This document shows, piece by piece, positions 25,706 to 42,140 of a stretch of 64,000 bases of DNA. Position numbers and translations under genes: made by a program. Location of the stretch: positions 50,282,001 to 50,346,000 of the forward strand of contig OX597831.1 in NCBI GenBank assembly GCA_951406725.2, written 5' to 3'. The stretch's first letter is position 1. Each line of letters begins with the position of its first letter. The notes beneath the pieces were generated by a model, which saw only the letters and a list, made by a program, of their open reading frames with translations, was not told the origin of the DNA and ran no database searches. The stretch is from Octopus vulgaris. Lineage: Eukaryota.

Positions 25706-26273
25706 TTGGGTTGTCCGGAAAGTTTGTGCCGATTTATAGTAGCTTATCTTTCGACTTATTTTAGACTTATGGTTGAGACCATAAAATAGGATTTTAGTAC
25801 ACCACCATTCAGAGCACAGTTTAAGCTATCTTTTAGTGGAAGAAGGTTTATGTTCCTATAACATGTGTTAATTCTGTAACACTTTAAAATGGATGATAAG
25901 AAAGTTTTTTTTCGGCACTTGATACTTTGGGAACCAGTCAAAAATTGCTGCAGCTCGGCTAAGATGTGTTACCTAACCCTCCATATTCACCAGATATTAC
26001 TCCTTCGGGTTTTCACCTATTCAGGTCTCTGCAGAATAGTCTTAATGGTAAAAATTTCAATTCCTTGGATGGCGTAAAAAGATACCTTGATGAATTCTTT
26101 GCCATGAAACCACCTCAATTCTGGAAAGAGGGTATTTCCAAGTTAAAGGAAAGATGGAGACGCATTGTGCAACAGAATGGTTCATATTTGGTTGATTAAA
26201 AATGTAATAGCAAGTATTTATTAACCTTTTTTCTTTCCTTTAAAACGCGGCATGAACTTTCCGGACAATCCAA
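25706..26273 (+). mobile_element. Internally deleted mariner element
   Basis: TIRs TTGGGTTGTCCGGAAAGTTTGTGCCG / CGGCATGAACTTTCCGGACAATCCAA with flanking TA; LPNPPYSPDITPSGFHLFRSLQNSL...FWKEGISKLKERWRRIVQQNGSY. Confidence 0.93.
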
Positions 26274-26614
26274 TATTACACAAACAAAGTATTTAGATAT
26301 TTCTTCATCAAAAAACAAAGATAAGACAAGAAGCAATTTAATAAACTTAATTCAGCTAATGTAATTTACAAAATAGGATTCAAATGTAGATTGTTGTAAG
26401 TGTCATGATTTTACTGGTTACACTGAATATGCAAGTAACGTACATTTCGTTTGTGCGATCATGCATACACAGCAAGTAGAAATTGAGACAAATTTCAGAA
26501 GATAAATGAACGATAAAACAATTTATAAAGGCAAGTTACTGTCAACATATTTAATGCAGAGATCATTACAAACTAGCTGGAAAAAACAAAAGCATTATAC
26601 ATATACAATTATAC

Positions 26615-26616
<2 letters not shown>

Positions 26617-26649
<33 letters not shown>

Positions 26650-26714
26650 TACATAGACATAGAAAGGCAGATATGGATATATATATTTATATGTGTGTGC
26701 ATGTATGTATATGC

Positions 26715-26765
<51 letters not shown>

Positions 26766-26836
26766 CATATATATATACATATATATATATATACATATAT
26801 ATATATACATATATATATATACATATATATATATAC

Positions 26837-26867
<31 letters not shown>

Positions 26868-26896
26868 CATATATATATATACACATATATATATAT

Positions 26897-26983
<87 letters not shown>

Positions 26984-27001
26984 TGTACATATATATATAT
27001 A

Positions 27002-27036
<35 letters not shown>
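26617..27036. repeat. (TA)n/(TACA) compound microsatellite
   Basis: Direct reading. Confidence 0.97.
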
Positions 27037-28591
<1,555 letters not shown>

Positions 28592-29099
28592 GTATGCGAT
28601 ATATTCGTTTCTACAATATCTGCACACATACACACCGAAACACACATACGCACATTTATATATATATATATATATATATATATGTTTCAGTATTGAAATT
28701 ATTCAAATGTGTGAATATATATATATATATATATATATACATTTATTCGTGTTTGGGCGCATGTATGTGAAGATGAGTTATGTGTGGATGCTATATGTGT
28801 GCATGTGCACAGGGGCGTGCGCGCGTGTACATGCGTGTGCGTGTGTTTGTGTGGATATGTGTGTGCGTGCGAGCGAGCGGATGGTCGAGTGTGCTTGAAT
28901 GCAAAGTAATTAGCGTTTGAGCGTCTTCTGTTATGCAAATGTGATCGGCTGTTTGTGCTTCGCCCAAATTTGTATACATTATATTACTCATACGCTAGGA
29001 ATCTCCCAGAGGACAGAAGGCGGATATTTTTTCTGATATTTCTCAATGGCTAACATTATTGTCGTAAATATTCTGGAAAAAGCAAACGAAACAACGTAG

Positions 29100-29900
29100 T
29101 CACGCTATATGGTCATTAGGGATTGAACATTTAGCCTCTGTCCAGGGAGTTATTAGTAAAATGTAATTGCTAATATTCAGCCAGTATCACGCGCATGACA
29201 TATATATATGACATTGTAATCGTTGCCGAAACGAGAGATCAGCTGCAAATTATGTTGATAGATCTGACACACATAGCTCAGCAGTGGTCCTTAAAATTAC
29301 CAGAATCAAACAAAATACATGCAATCCGGTAACATATCACAAGGCCGAACAGTGTTGGGAATTGATGAAATACAGAAGATAAAGAAATGCATCTACTTTA
29401 GGCAAATAATGAATATGTACTGAGACGTAGGTGGTGAAATCTCGAAATGAATAAGGACAGGATGGCATATGTTTAGCTCAGTAAACGATGTGCTCAAAGC
29501 AAAGCTGGCAAGGCAATACATGGCAGGCTTTACAATAACGCCGTCCTAACTGCACTTTGATAGTCGAATGAGACGTGAGCTACTACGAAGGAGGAACACG
29601 GATTGGCTACAAAGCAAAGAGCCAAAGAGCCATGGAAGAGTCCATGCAAGGAATATCATTACGACAGCATATCCGACACAGGACGTTTGAAGAACGAAGC
29701 GGACTGAAAGGCGAGACTGCAAAATATCGAAAGCACAAATTGTTATGGGCTCCCATGTCATATGGTTTTGCATACGATCCGGGAGGTTGGTGAGCAGCTA
29801 TCCAGAAGGCCTCCATCATCGTGGAAAAATGGTTTAGTAAAACGTTTTGTGCCAAGATGGAAAAGAATCTCTCAATCAAAAGCTATTGGAGGTATAACAT
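29100..29900 (+). mobile_element. RTE-clade LINE reverse transcriptase remnant
   Basis: DDIVIVAETRDQLQIMLIDL, CIYLG.II, EISK.IRTGW..F, QRAMEESMQGISLRQHIR. Confidence 0.75.
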
Positions 29901-29908
29901 ATCAGTGA

Positions 29909-30192
<284 letters not shown>

Positions 30193-30950
30193 CACAGACA
30201 TGCAGGAAGTAAATAGACAACTTTAATTTTCAAAATATCTGATCTAAGCGTCTTAATATGTTTTCAGAGGTGTAGAATTTACAATGTAATTATTCTTTTT
30301 CATTACAGGCGCCACTATAATAAACATTTGCGAAGAGTAACCATGCCACGCACAAAAAATTCAGCAGGACTGTAAGATTTTCAAAGAGGTCGTATTGTTG
30401 GGCAATCTGAGGCTGGTCTTCGCCAGCGAAATATTGTCGAAAATGTCCAAATTCCTCTTGCTATTGTTAATAGAATTATAGTGCAATTCAAAAGCCAAGG
30501 AAAAGAATCAACAGATTCTTGTCACAGCCGACCTACGCTCTCGGAAAGAAAGTTTCACTGTTTCAAGAGAATTGTGGAAAACGAATACCGTTCGAAGGCT
30601 TCTGACATTGCAAAACAGCTAGAAGTTAGTCCAAGAACGTGTGTTACATACCTGCATAAGATTTGTATTATGGACGAGCAGCTAGAAGAAAACCTTCTTC
30701 AAGCAATTAATACCATGAAAAGAAAGAAATGGGCTAAGGAGATGTCAAAAAAATCCAGTTCATTTTGAGATAGAGTGATTTTCTCAGATGAATCCAGATT
30801 TGCATTATTTTCAGACCGTGGACGTGTCTGGATCTGGAGGCTTCCCAATCAAGAATTTGATTTGAAACGACTCCAACCGACTGTAAAACATGGCGGTATC
30901 TCTGTAATGGTATGTGGAGCTCTCACCAGCAATGGTCGTTTTGAGCTGAT
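30193..30950 (+). mobile_element. Tc1-family transposon, 5' part (decayed transposase)
   Basis: MPR...[18 protein letters not shown] start; VIFSDESRFALFSDRGRVWIWRLPNQEF...PTVKHGGISVMV.G. Confidence 0.88.
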
Positions 30951-31111
30951 CTCCCTGCATTAAATCGCATGTTGCTTTCTTCGGCCCATTTGTAAGTAGC
31001 ATCTAAATCTTTCTGGGGAAAATTATCATTGAAAGGTTCATTCACTGCTTGTACTATTTTTTCGTCATCAACATAGCTAGTGAATGTGACTGTCTTTGTA
31101 ACTGATAGCAA
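30951..31111 (-). mobile_element. CR1-like LINE RT fragment
   Basis: TSYVDDEKIVQAV...QKDLDATYKWAEESNMRFN (cf. YADDTK...LQ.DL..W...N.M.FN). Confidence 0.75.
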
Positions 31112-31124
31112 GTATATATATATA

Positions 31125-31400
31125 TCACGTGATCACGTGACCGACAAGACCATCAGATGTTGTTACACATCGCTGATCAAATGCGTTCGCATTGTTTTAG
31201 CCTTCGAATGACGCCACCCCTCTGGCTAAGCGAGCAGGCCAACAGAAGAAAGTGTGAGAGAAAGTTGTGCTGAAAGAGTACAGCAGGGATCACCACTCCC
31301 TTTTAGGTGTTTTCGCTCAATAAACACTCACAACGCCCGGTCTGGGAATCGAAACCGCGATCCTACGACCGCGAGTCCGCTGCCCTAACCATTGGGCCAT
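31125..31400 (-). mobile_element. SINE family B, tail type 1
   Basis: Reverse complement of 5573-5883 with a small internal deletion. Confidence 0.88.
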
Positions 31401-31821
31401 ATATATATATACATAAATAATATTTTTATATACAAACCCGAAAGGCTTTGCGAGTTGCGGAGAGAAAGCTATGGAGGACTCATAGTATAATAACTGTACA
31501 ATAACTGTATATAATATACATATCATAATGATATTTAATCTCTGATTTTAAAGCGACAAATTTAAATATAAACAAATGACCGAAAAATGATGAGCGTATG
31601 TTTGTATATATGGTTATATATATGTGTAACCATACATGCATACATAAGCTCATGATTCATACACACACATGTATGTTTATACTTACATACATAAAGGGTT
31701 AGCAAAAAGTCAACTGAAAGTAAATCAAAACCATTTAATTCCAAAATGAAAACAAAAATTTATTTTACACTAGCGGAGATACACAGGGTTGCTCGGGATT
31801 AAAATAGCATAGTTCTTTATT

Positions 31822-32460
<639 letters not shown>

Positions 32461-32534
32461 GCGTAAGCGAGCATGTTTATACCTACACATGCGCGCCTGC
32501 ACATCCACGTGCATGCTCCTAAATATAAAGGTGA

Positions 32535-32685
32535 ATGGCTGTGGTAGGTAGCTTGCTTACCAGGTACATGGTTCCGAGTTCAGTCCCGCTCCATGGCACC
32601 TTGGGCAAGTGTCTTCTGCTATAGCCTCGGTCCGACCAAATTCTTGTCATTGGATTTGCTAGTCGGAAACTGAAAGAGGCCCGTC

Positions 32686-32737
<52 letters not shown>

Positions 32738-32957
32738 TTGTATACATGCATGTAAATGCTTGTGTGTCTGTGTTTGTTCACCACCATCGCTTGACAACCG
32801 ATGTTAGTGTGTTTACGTCCTCGTAACTTAGCATTGAGGTAAAAAAGACCGATAAAATAAGCACTAGGCTTCCAAAGAATAAATCCTGGGGTTGATTCGT
32901 TCGACTAAACGCGTGCTGCAGCATAGCCGCAGTCAAATGACTGAAACAAATAAAACA
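32535..32957 (+). mobile_element. SINE family C
   Basis: Colinear with 5910-6323. Confidence 0.88.
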
Positions 32958-33684
32958 GATATGTATGTTTTAGCATATATGAAAAACAACAAAATGTCTT
33001 ATTTAAAAGCACGACTGTATTTTAGAGTCTTCTTGTTTTTTCGCAAACTATTTATATATTTGAGCATGAGATTTTGTAGCTTATTTTGTATAGTAATTCC
33101 AGATATCAATCGTTAACTCTTCGTGATATTTATATTTCCCCTTTTGTATGAGTTATTGGTCCAATCTGTTAGTGATTACCTATTCTAGACAAGGACAGTG
33201 GAATCCTCTTGGAACCAATCGACTGAATTTGTATGATTCATTTTCCGCCATTAGTTGTTGTGTTACTTTTTTGTTTGTGCACTCGTCTACTTTTTCTGTC
33301 ATTCAGTCTTTATTCTGTTATGAGTATTGCTTCCAGCGTTATTTGGTAATATTCTAAAGAAAGCCTCGTAGACGTTCAGTGGTTCTCAACCGCAGCCCCA
33401 GAGCCTCATGCGGTCCTTGACGGTTGGGCCACTATAAAGATAATAACTTTTTCTTAAAGTAACTTGTGTTTCTCTTTCTTCAGTGCGGCTCCCACAAAGA
33501 ATTAAGCTTTAGAGCTGTCCCGGATATTAAAAAGGTTGAGAACAACTTTTATAGATGATTTGTTCCAAAATAGTTCATCTTCTGGTAACTTTCACAAATT
33601 TTGTGTATGTCGAACTCTTTAATCTTGGTACCACTTTATTTTCTATTTAGTCACGTAAGGCAGCAAACGTAGAGCCTAAGAATA

Positions 33685-34080
33685 TACCTATTTCTTTACT
33701 ACCCACAGAGAGGAGGACAGACAAACGGATTAAGTCGATTATATCGACCCCAGTGCGTAACTGGTACTTACTTAATCGACCTCAATTAAATAAGTACCAG
33801 TTACTCGGCGGAATTTGAACTCAGAACGTAGCGGCAGACAAAATACCTATTTCTTTACTGCCAACAAGGGGCTAAACACAGAGAGGACAAGCAAGGACAG
33901 ACAAACGGATTAAGTCGATTATATCGACCCCGGTGCGTAACTGGTACTTATTTAATCGACCCCGAAAAGATGAAAGGCAAAGTCGACCTCGGCGGAATTT
34001 GAACTCAGAACGTAACGGCAGACGAAATACCGCTAAGTATTTCGCCCGGCGTGCTAACGTTACTGCCAGCTCACCACCTT
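33685..34080 (-). mobile_element. SINE family A, partial tandem dimer
   Basis: Two successive reverse copies, structure like 8137-8518. Confidence 0.88.
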
Positions 34081-34717
34081 GTAGAGCCTAAGAGTATACC
34101 TTTGGTTATTCCCTCTTCTTTATTCTATAATTGTCATCGTGAACAATGATAAGTTGCTTCTGTTTTGCATGGCACTAATAATTTCTGAAGTTCGTAAGCT
34201 ATCGTCGCGGTTGTTTCTTAATTTTATTTTTACACGAGTATGTTATTTATTTATTTATCTATTTTTTATTGCACAATATAATATGGTTTCTTTTGTGTCT
34301 GGCACGGAAACATTAGTAAACAAACTTCTAAGTTTGAATTGCAGATGTTGTCTTCTTCACTGGCCTCTACTAATTTCTTTCTAATATGGCCTTATACTGT
34401 TTTGTCTAGTGTATATTGATTGATAATGTTATCTAATAGTTCAGCGATCTTCTTATGTTAATGTATTTATTTCACATATTATGGACGGCGAGGTTATTAA
34501 TTCACTTGTTTTTTAATTGTTTGTTGATTTGTGCTGGAGTGAATTCTCTTTCTGATAGGAGGCAAACTGTAATTTTATTCATGCCTTTATCACCATAATT
34601 AATTTATTCAATTTAATTATTAATTCTGTGGTATTAGTTTCGCGAATACTCATGAATTTGTTTTTTGAGATTGAATAAATTTGTAAGTCTTAAAGTATAT
34701 TCGACCGATGTCACTTG

Positions 34718-34850
34718 TACATACACACGTTCATACACATACACAAATACATACACACGTTCATACACATACACAAATACATATACACGTTCATACACAT
34801 ACACAAATACATACACACGTTCATACACATACGCAAATACATACACATAC
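34718..34850. repeat. 30-bp minisatellite, ~4 copies
   Basis: ACACAAATACATACACACGTTCATACACAT repeated. Confidence 0.9.
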
Positions 34851-35149
34851 ACAAATACATATACACAAACACATATGTACACAATTATACAAATATGACT
34901 GTGTACTTTTTATATGTAATGTAGAGCTTCTCTTTGGCCTTCTTTTAGGTTTAGTTGAAAGTTGTTCTGTCTGAGGACAACTAAATGACTAATAGGTGAC
35001 AACTGTAGTTTACTTTCTTGCAAGCATTTGGTGTAGCGTTTGACAATTACTGTCGTGAGCTCACAGCACTGCGTTTCTATCGATTCAAAATGTAAACCAA
35101 AACCCGTTGCGTAATTCTCCTTCTCTTTCCCTAACATACATGGACTCAA

Positions 35150-35725
35150 TTCCCACCTCGATCCTATGTATTACTACTTACAAACACAGACACCACAGAA
35201 TCCATTCTCCACAACGCATTCTCCTGTAGGATCCTATGGCTCTTTATCTAAAGGTAGCTACTCAGTAATCTACTAGTTCTTTGCTAACTTTGCTAAGTAG
35301 GTTTGACAATATGTATGGTTCAGTCCTCCCTCTCCTAAAAGACGTCTTCACAGGACACTGAAACCAGCCTCATGGGCATCTCTCTCTACAGCGCTACACA
35401 ACCAAAAGCCACACTCAGAGGTTCCATAGTAGATCAGTCAAAGAACATGATTAGAACGCAGGGGGGAAATCATCACACCTACAAACCCTGCATTGCAACC
35501 ATAGCAAGGCACTCATCCGAACTACCAAGGATGCGTCCATTCACCGCACAGCGTACAATTTCCTCTGCCACTCCCCAAAATTGCTACTGATTCGTTTTGT
35601 CCTTTGTGAAAAGAGTTCCTATGAATCAGTTTCCTACACTTCTCGGCCACCATGGTATTTCAAACAGTAATAGCGTGGGGAAATTCTCCACATCGGTCGT
35701 TGCTGCCCGCTTTGCATCCAACCTT
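35150..35725 (+). mobile_element. Possible old CR1/L2-group LINE inter-domain remnant
   Basis: C..TIA..., F.SFVKRV..NQFPTLL...G.SNS...K...VAARFASN resembles the region upstream of RT. Confidence 0.3.
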
Positions 35726-37049
35726 AAACAGTTGTACACCGACTCTCTTGATGTTACATTTGCCGTTCTAATTATAGTGCATAGCCATCAATTAAATATA
35801 TCAAATAAAAAAAAAACAGAACTGAAGCATCAAATTTATAATCAATATAAGATTAGAAAATTGCAATTATCTTAGTCGTTCTAATGCTCTTTCTTCTATC
35901 TTAAAAATTGTGAAAACGCAATTCGCACAACATTTCTCGTTACAGTCCTGTTATCTATTCCTTTATAATTGTTCTCGTTAGAATATCGTTATCTACTTCA
36001 TGCTAAAACAACAAAACATTGCATTAATTTTGTCTGATTAAAGCCGATCTTATCTTAGACGTTAGCATTATATATACTTGATTGCTATCATTTACAATTC
36101 TTCCAATGTTTATTCAGACAAATTAATATGTAAATAAAATCGAATAACAAACAAAGAGCAAAATAAGTTATTAATGTACTTAAAAGCTAATTATCTAAAT
36201 TTTAGGACTGAAATTTTTTCTGCGGAGAAAAGTGTTCATTGCCTTAAATAATAACAATTGTTTCTTATTTAGGCGCAGAACCAGCAATTTTGGAAGAGAC
36301 GTTTGTAAGTACCATTTGCATCTCTACTTCACTGGTACTTTATTTTAACGTTTCCATCCCCCTGGGATGACAGGTAAAGTTGACCACGTTGCAATTTGAA
36401 AGCAGAACATAATGTGTGCTGGGTAAAATGATAAAATATCGCAAAGCATTTCCCGACACTCAAACGACTCTGCCACTTCACCGCCTTAAATAATGGCTTC
36501 TTATTTGGACACAAACCCAATAGTTTTGTAAAGAATTTGGAGTAGGTAGTATCATCGATTCAAACTTTTCATCAAACTTTTAGGATTTGAGGGCAAAGAT
36601 GACCTCGGTGGAATTTAAAGTCAGAACATAAAGAGCTGGAAAAAATTTCGGCTGACAGTATGGTCGGACGCTCTAACCACTCGTCGACGGATACCTAAAT
36701 GTCCCGTATGATATATATAATGAATGTGAACAAGTAGACTCACAAAGACCAGTAAGATGAGACATACAAGTTAAATATAAAAGAATGAGAGAAAGGCTAA
36801 AACATCCTATTCGGTATACAGGGAAAATTAAATGATATTTATAAACACCCAAAGAATTTTACAGAAGAAATAGAAGAGTAAAATATGAAAGTCAAAGTTA
36901 AAACTGTTGTTATTTGAAAAGGATAAACTGAAAGATGGCTGAGATTTTTCACCCATATAACAGATGCGAAGTTTCTTATAAGGTCTGGGTAGAAGACACC
37001 GCGTCAAGTCCCACCTGCCACTGCCGTACTGACACTGGTGGAGTTAAGT

Positions 37050-38981
37050 ATCCTCTCCCTAATAAAGTATGATCCACTCTCTGATAGATGTTACAGTTCA
37101 CATCAAAACATGTTACAGCACACGACAGCTTGAGTGAAGGGACTGCTGATATAATTTGAGAGACAGATTACTAGAGATTAGATGATCAAGTTCATGTAAT
37201 TAGGAGAAGAAAGTGGAGAATTGGCGGTAGAAGAGATCACAAGGGAACTGGAACAGAAAGACCAGGCAGTGGGAAAGACAAACAACAACATAAGAGATGC
37301 AACTCAAGAAGAACCCAAGGAAAAAATAATAATAGCGCTACCAGTAAGGAAGGGACAACTGGCACCAACGACTTAAGTGATTTAAGAGATGGAAGATCAG
37401 AATATTTTAGGTAAGTCGCAGTAAGTAATGAATTATGAAGTAAGAAAAAGACTGCCAGCACCAACAAAAGGAAGCTACAAGAAATGGCTAGGAAAGAAGA
37501 TTCTGTTATCAGTAGGATAGATACTAAAATACACAAGACACTAACTTATTGATCAATGCAGGAGTTGTAGTAATCACCAGAAGATTAGATATCTCACAGG
37601 GCAGGGAGAGATTAAAAAGAGAAAATGTGGAAAAGGTGACTACAAAATAAATAGGAGACTTTAAGACAAGATCTGAGTAGGATAGAAGCCTAGAAAACAA
37701 ACAGGTTAAACACAAGCTGCAAATCTTGACTCGAGAAAAGATACTTAGTCAAAGAGAAAGGATTTGGGACAATAATAGAAGAGTTGAAACAGCGTATCAT
37801 AGCAGTAGGAGGCAAGCTCCCCAGATATCAGAAAAAATAGATCAGTATCGACAGAACAGATTATTCGGGACAGACCAGAGAAGATTTTATACCCAAATAA
37901 ATAGTGGAGAGGAGAACGAAGCACTTCAATGAGAAACCTACTACATATGAAGCTAACAAGTTGTGGAGTAATATTTAGGATAAACCAGTCAATCATAATG
38001 TAGATGTAGTATGGTTAAAGAAAGTGAGAGAAGACGTAGTGAGTGAGAAGCAGTGAGATATAAAATTTACTAGTGCATTAATGAGTAAAGTGTTAGGGGA
38101 AATGCCGAATTGGAAGGGCCCAAAACCAGATGTAGTTCAAGGGTACTGGCTAAAGAAATTCAGTAGTTTACATGAGAGGCTGAGGGAACAACTTCACGAC
38201 TGCCGTAATGGAGGAATAATACCAGATTGGATGATTAGAGGGGGGACAACCCTCATTATGAAATATAAGAGCAAAAGTAATACAGCTAGCAACTATATAC
38301 GAATCATCTGCTTACCATTAGTGTAGGAGCTGTTAACAGGAATGCTTTCAGAAAGAATTTATGAGCACCTCGACAACCAGAATTTACTACTAGAAAAAAG
38401 AGAGACGTTGCAAGAAGAAGGCTTTAGGAACGCATGATCTATTATACGTACACAAAGCAGTTCTAAACGAAGTAAAAGCTAAAAAGAAAACTCTAACAAT
38501 AGAATGTATATATCATAGAAAAGCCTATGGCATGATCCCACACTCATGAATAAGTAAATGCTTGAGTATATTCAGTGTAGCAGAAAACATAAGAGAATTA
38601 ATTAGCTTTAGCATGAAAAAATGTAAAGTAGATCTCTGCTCAGGTGACACATACATAGGGAAAATTTATATCCAAAGATGAATTTTCCAGGACTCGTTGT
38701 CCACTTTAATATTTGTCTTACGTTTGATACCCCCTCAGTTTAGTATTAAGGAAGGTATAGGTAGGGTTCATAAATCATAATGCAAAAAATAACCATTTGT
38801 GTTATATGAATGATCTCAAGCCCAGTAGAACTGCTACAAAAGAATTCCATCCTTAGCAGGTCCAGAATAATTAGTATTAGATAGCTGAAAAGAACGGATA
38901 GCAATATACTGTAGGCTGCAGGTAGCAAGCGCGCTACGCATGCAGGAATCCAGGAGTTCCTGCAAAGACTGATAAAAAGAA
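37050..38981 (+). mobile_element. R4/Dong-clade non-LTR retrotransposon, decayed and internally deleted
   Basis: YRQNRLFGTDQRRFY, MPNWKGPKPDVVQGYWLKKFSSLHERL...PDWM..G.TTLIMK...ASNY..I.CLP, KAYGMIPHS, IFQDSLSTLIFV; ends in (AAT)n. Confidence 0.9.
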
Positions 38982-39003
38982 AATAATAATAATAATAATA
39001 GTA

Positions 39004-39067
<64 letters not shown>

Positions 39068-39092
39068 TAATAATAATCATGATAATTATAAT
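38982..39092. repeat. (AAT)n tract at the 3' end of the R4/Dong element
   Basis: Direct reading. Confidence 0.95.
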
Positions 39093-39645
39093 AGCATTGA
39101 TGCAGTATCAGGTATTAGCTCTCATGGTTTCTGATCTTAATTGATTAGAAATGTTATAATGTACATGTTTTGTCTTAGTATAAAAGATAGGCTACAGCAA
39201 ATATTCTGCTCAATACCACACATTTGCTTGTCAATTGTTTGATCTTAACTATTTGAGCATGTCCCTTGGTGGGTGACGAGATGTGCATCTCTGATCACGA
39301 GCAGACGTAGTGAGGAAACCATGTGTTGAGAGGAATTCTTTGGGGTTTGAATAATTCACCTCTGGAAACATTGGTATTTCGTTCATCTTTAAAGAACCCT
39401 TATTCGGGAACTTTTTGAGCTGGATGGGCCACTCGACCTGAACAACATTCTAACTGGGACCCACCTGCAAGTCCATGAGCTCATTATCTTGATATGATAT
39501 CACCATGTCGCGCACATATGGTTACGATACATGTGCCTGGTGTACTCTTATCAGACGGGTAGTCATGATGGGTATACTGAGCTTCGTATATTTTACCCCA
39601 GTGTCACTTTGATGGCACATATTGCTCCCCCATTCAATAATACTA
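39093..39645 (+). mobile_element. Interspersed repeat ending in AAT repeats (probably a LINE 3' end)
   Basis: Second partial copy at 18840-19060; bounded by AAT repeats. Confidence 0.6.
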
Positions 39646-39657
39646 ATGATAATTATA

Positions 39658-40235
39658 ATGGCCTCAAATAATAAGGCCATCAGTTTTGGGAGAGGAGCTA
39701 GCTCGCTTACAACAACCCCAAAGTTCAACTGATACTTATTTCATCTATTCCGAAAAGAGGAAAGGCAAAGACGACTTCGGAGTGATTTGAACTCGGAAAT
39801 TAAAGACGGCCGAAATGCCGCTAAGCATATTACCTGTCGTACTGACGATTCTGCCAGAGCGCAGCCTTAGTAATCCTTTTTCATGTAGCTACAAGGCCCG
39901 TAATTTGGTGGCGGGGTTAGTCGATTACTTCGACCACCCTACAGGGACCACCTCGTACTTATTTTATCGAAACCGAAAAGATGAAAGGCAAAGTCAACCC
40001 CAGCGGAACTTGAACTCAGAACATAAGAGCGGACGAAATGCCGTTAAACATATTGCCCGGCATGCTCACGATTCTGCCAGCTCGCCGCCTTAAGAATAGT
40101 CATAAAATATTATTGGCGCAAGTCCATCAATTTGTTGCGAGAATGGACACAAAATATTAATTTGAACTAGGATTCTAGAGCCAGGAGAGATACTGCGAAG
40201 CATTTCGTCCGACGTGCTGACCATTCTGCCAGTAG
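39658..40235 (-). mobile_element. Cluster of family-A SINE copies
   Basis: Repeated GAAAGGCAAAG.C.AC.TCGG.G.A.TTGAACTC...GAAATGCCG.TAA...GATTCTGCCAG. Confidence 0.75.
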
Positions 40236-41061
40236 TAGTAGTAGTAGTAGTAGTAGTTGTTGTTGTAGTAGTTATTGTCAGGTAAACTCGAGTAAAACGT
40301 TCACGAGAAAGTAGACACCGAAAAGGATGACTAAGATAAATGAAAGTTAAAAAGTACTCTTTTGTTATCAACACCATCTGTCCAAAGTTTAATAAGCTCT
40401 TTAAATAGTCGAACTCATGTGTCGGATGCAACGATATATATAGTTTTAAATTATTGACGCTAATGTTAGGAAGAAACAAAAAGCAAACAAGCATGTGTAC
40501 AGATGTAATAGCTTCAGGTAAAAAAATCGAAGAAGAAACAAAATCGTTGATAGATTAAAACATACGTTACTAGCAGGAAATAAAATGAATACCAATATTA
40601 ATGCGTGTTTATTTTTAAAATGCAGTCATATCTCTTCGGCAAGATATCTCAGATACACTTGCTGCCATAGTAACCAGCTCCAGAATATATCTAGGCCAGA
40701 GATAAAAGCAAAATTTTCTTAATTAAAATTGTCATTAGAGATGAAACCCTAAATTAAAATCAGAACGGCAATTAAAAAAAAATGAAATAATTGTATAAAC
40801 GAACTATTGAAAATGTAACATTATAAAGCAGAAAAAAAGTTTCATGAATTTCAATCACATACAGTTTATGCAGAACAAAAGAAAGGTCTGGGTAATTGGG
40901 ATCTATATAGATATACATATTACATACATACATGTTTGTGTGGGTGCGTATACATATATGTATCGAAATATGTATACATTCGTGTAGGTATATCCATGTG
41001 TAAGTATATACGAAACAAATTACAAATATATATGTATATGTTATATATCTGTATTTGTATA

Positions 41062-41096
<35 letters not shown>

Positions 41097-41503
41097 CAAA
41101 GAGAGATGTAATATGTAATAGTTAACTTCATCTCATTAATTATCCTAATGACCAAGAAACGTAGGTAGTTGTCAAGAAGCTGAATCAAAAACACTAGCTA
41201 ATAGATATCATTAGAACATAACAAAAATAACTATTTTTCTAAAACAAATAAATAGTTAAATGAAATTGTAAAGAGAATGCTTAGAGCAGATATTACAACA
41301 CTATCTCTCAGAGAATGTGTCATGAAATATTTATGATTGTTACAGATTCAATACGACATCCTTGAAACGTTTACGAACGAGCTAAATTTTTATATTTGCA
41401 CATTGTCACACATTTTATGTGCCAAAGGATAGAAGCCGATGTAATCACCTCAGCTTATGACTGATACGTGATTTTATATTTCCACTGTGTGTGTGTGTCT
41501 AGA

Positions 41504-41550
<47 letters not shown>

Positions 41551-41552
<2 letters not shown>

Positions 41553-41750
41553 TCGCCATGAACGACCACTAGCCACTAAAGCTTTTTTTGTTCTCTCTCT
41601 CTCTGTTTATTTTCTCGTGTTACTTTCTGTTGAAGAGCGTAGGCTCGAAATGTAAAAGACTTTCTCCGCTTCCCGAGCGTTAAACTAATACACCTATTTA
41701 ATGTTTATACACCTGTCTTCGTCTTTGGTTTTTGTAAATTCCAACTATAT
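41551..41750 (+). mobile_element. ~200-bp PLE/retrozyme-like insert in (TA)n with variant hammerhead at 41623-41658
   Basis: CTTT-CTGTTGA-A-GAGC GTAG GCTC-GAAA-TG-TA^-AAAG; related to 2337-2410 and 3925-3959. Confidence 0.65.
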
Positions 41751-41833
41751 ATGTGTGTGTGTGTGTACGTATGTATGTATATGTGTATGTATATATCCAT
41801 AAATAGATGGATATATATATATATATATATATA

Positions 41834-42140
41834 GGATGCAGTGAATAATCTGTCGTCTAATTTACTCAAAAATGAATATAATACTGCCGTCTCATTTTAA
41901 TAGATATATTTTCTAAAATTACATTAAGATATTTTGAAATACTAAAGAGTAAATTTATTCAACAAAATCACAATTTGCTTCACCCACAGCCTCCAGATGA
42001 TTTCAGAATCTCCTGCAACTCTTCTGAACTGTCTTCTTATTTAAGATGTTGAATGCTGCCACAGTCCTTGCCTTTAGTTCATGTTTGGTGTTACAAGGAG
42101 TTTTGATGGTTTCTCACTCAACTGTGCTCCACGCAAAACA
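41834..42140 (-). mobile_element. Tc1/mariner transposase 3' remnant with terminus
   Basis: Minus strand WSTVE*ETIKTPCNTKHELKARTVAAFN...QKSCRRF*NHLEAVGEANCDFVE*; ends at TA array. Confidence 0.75.
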
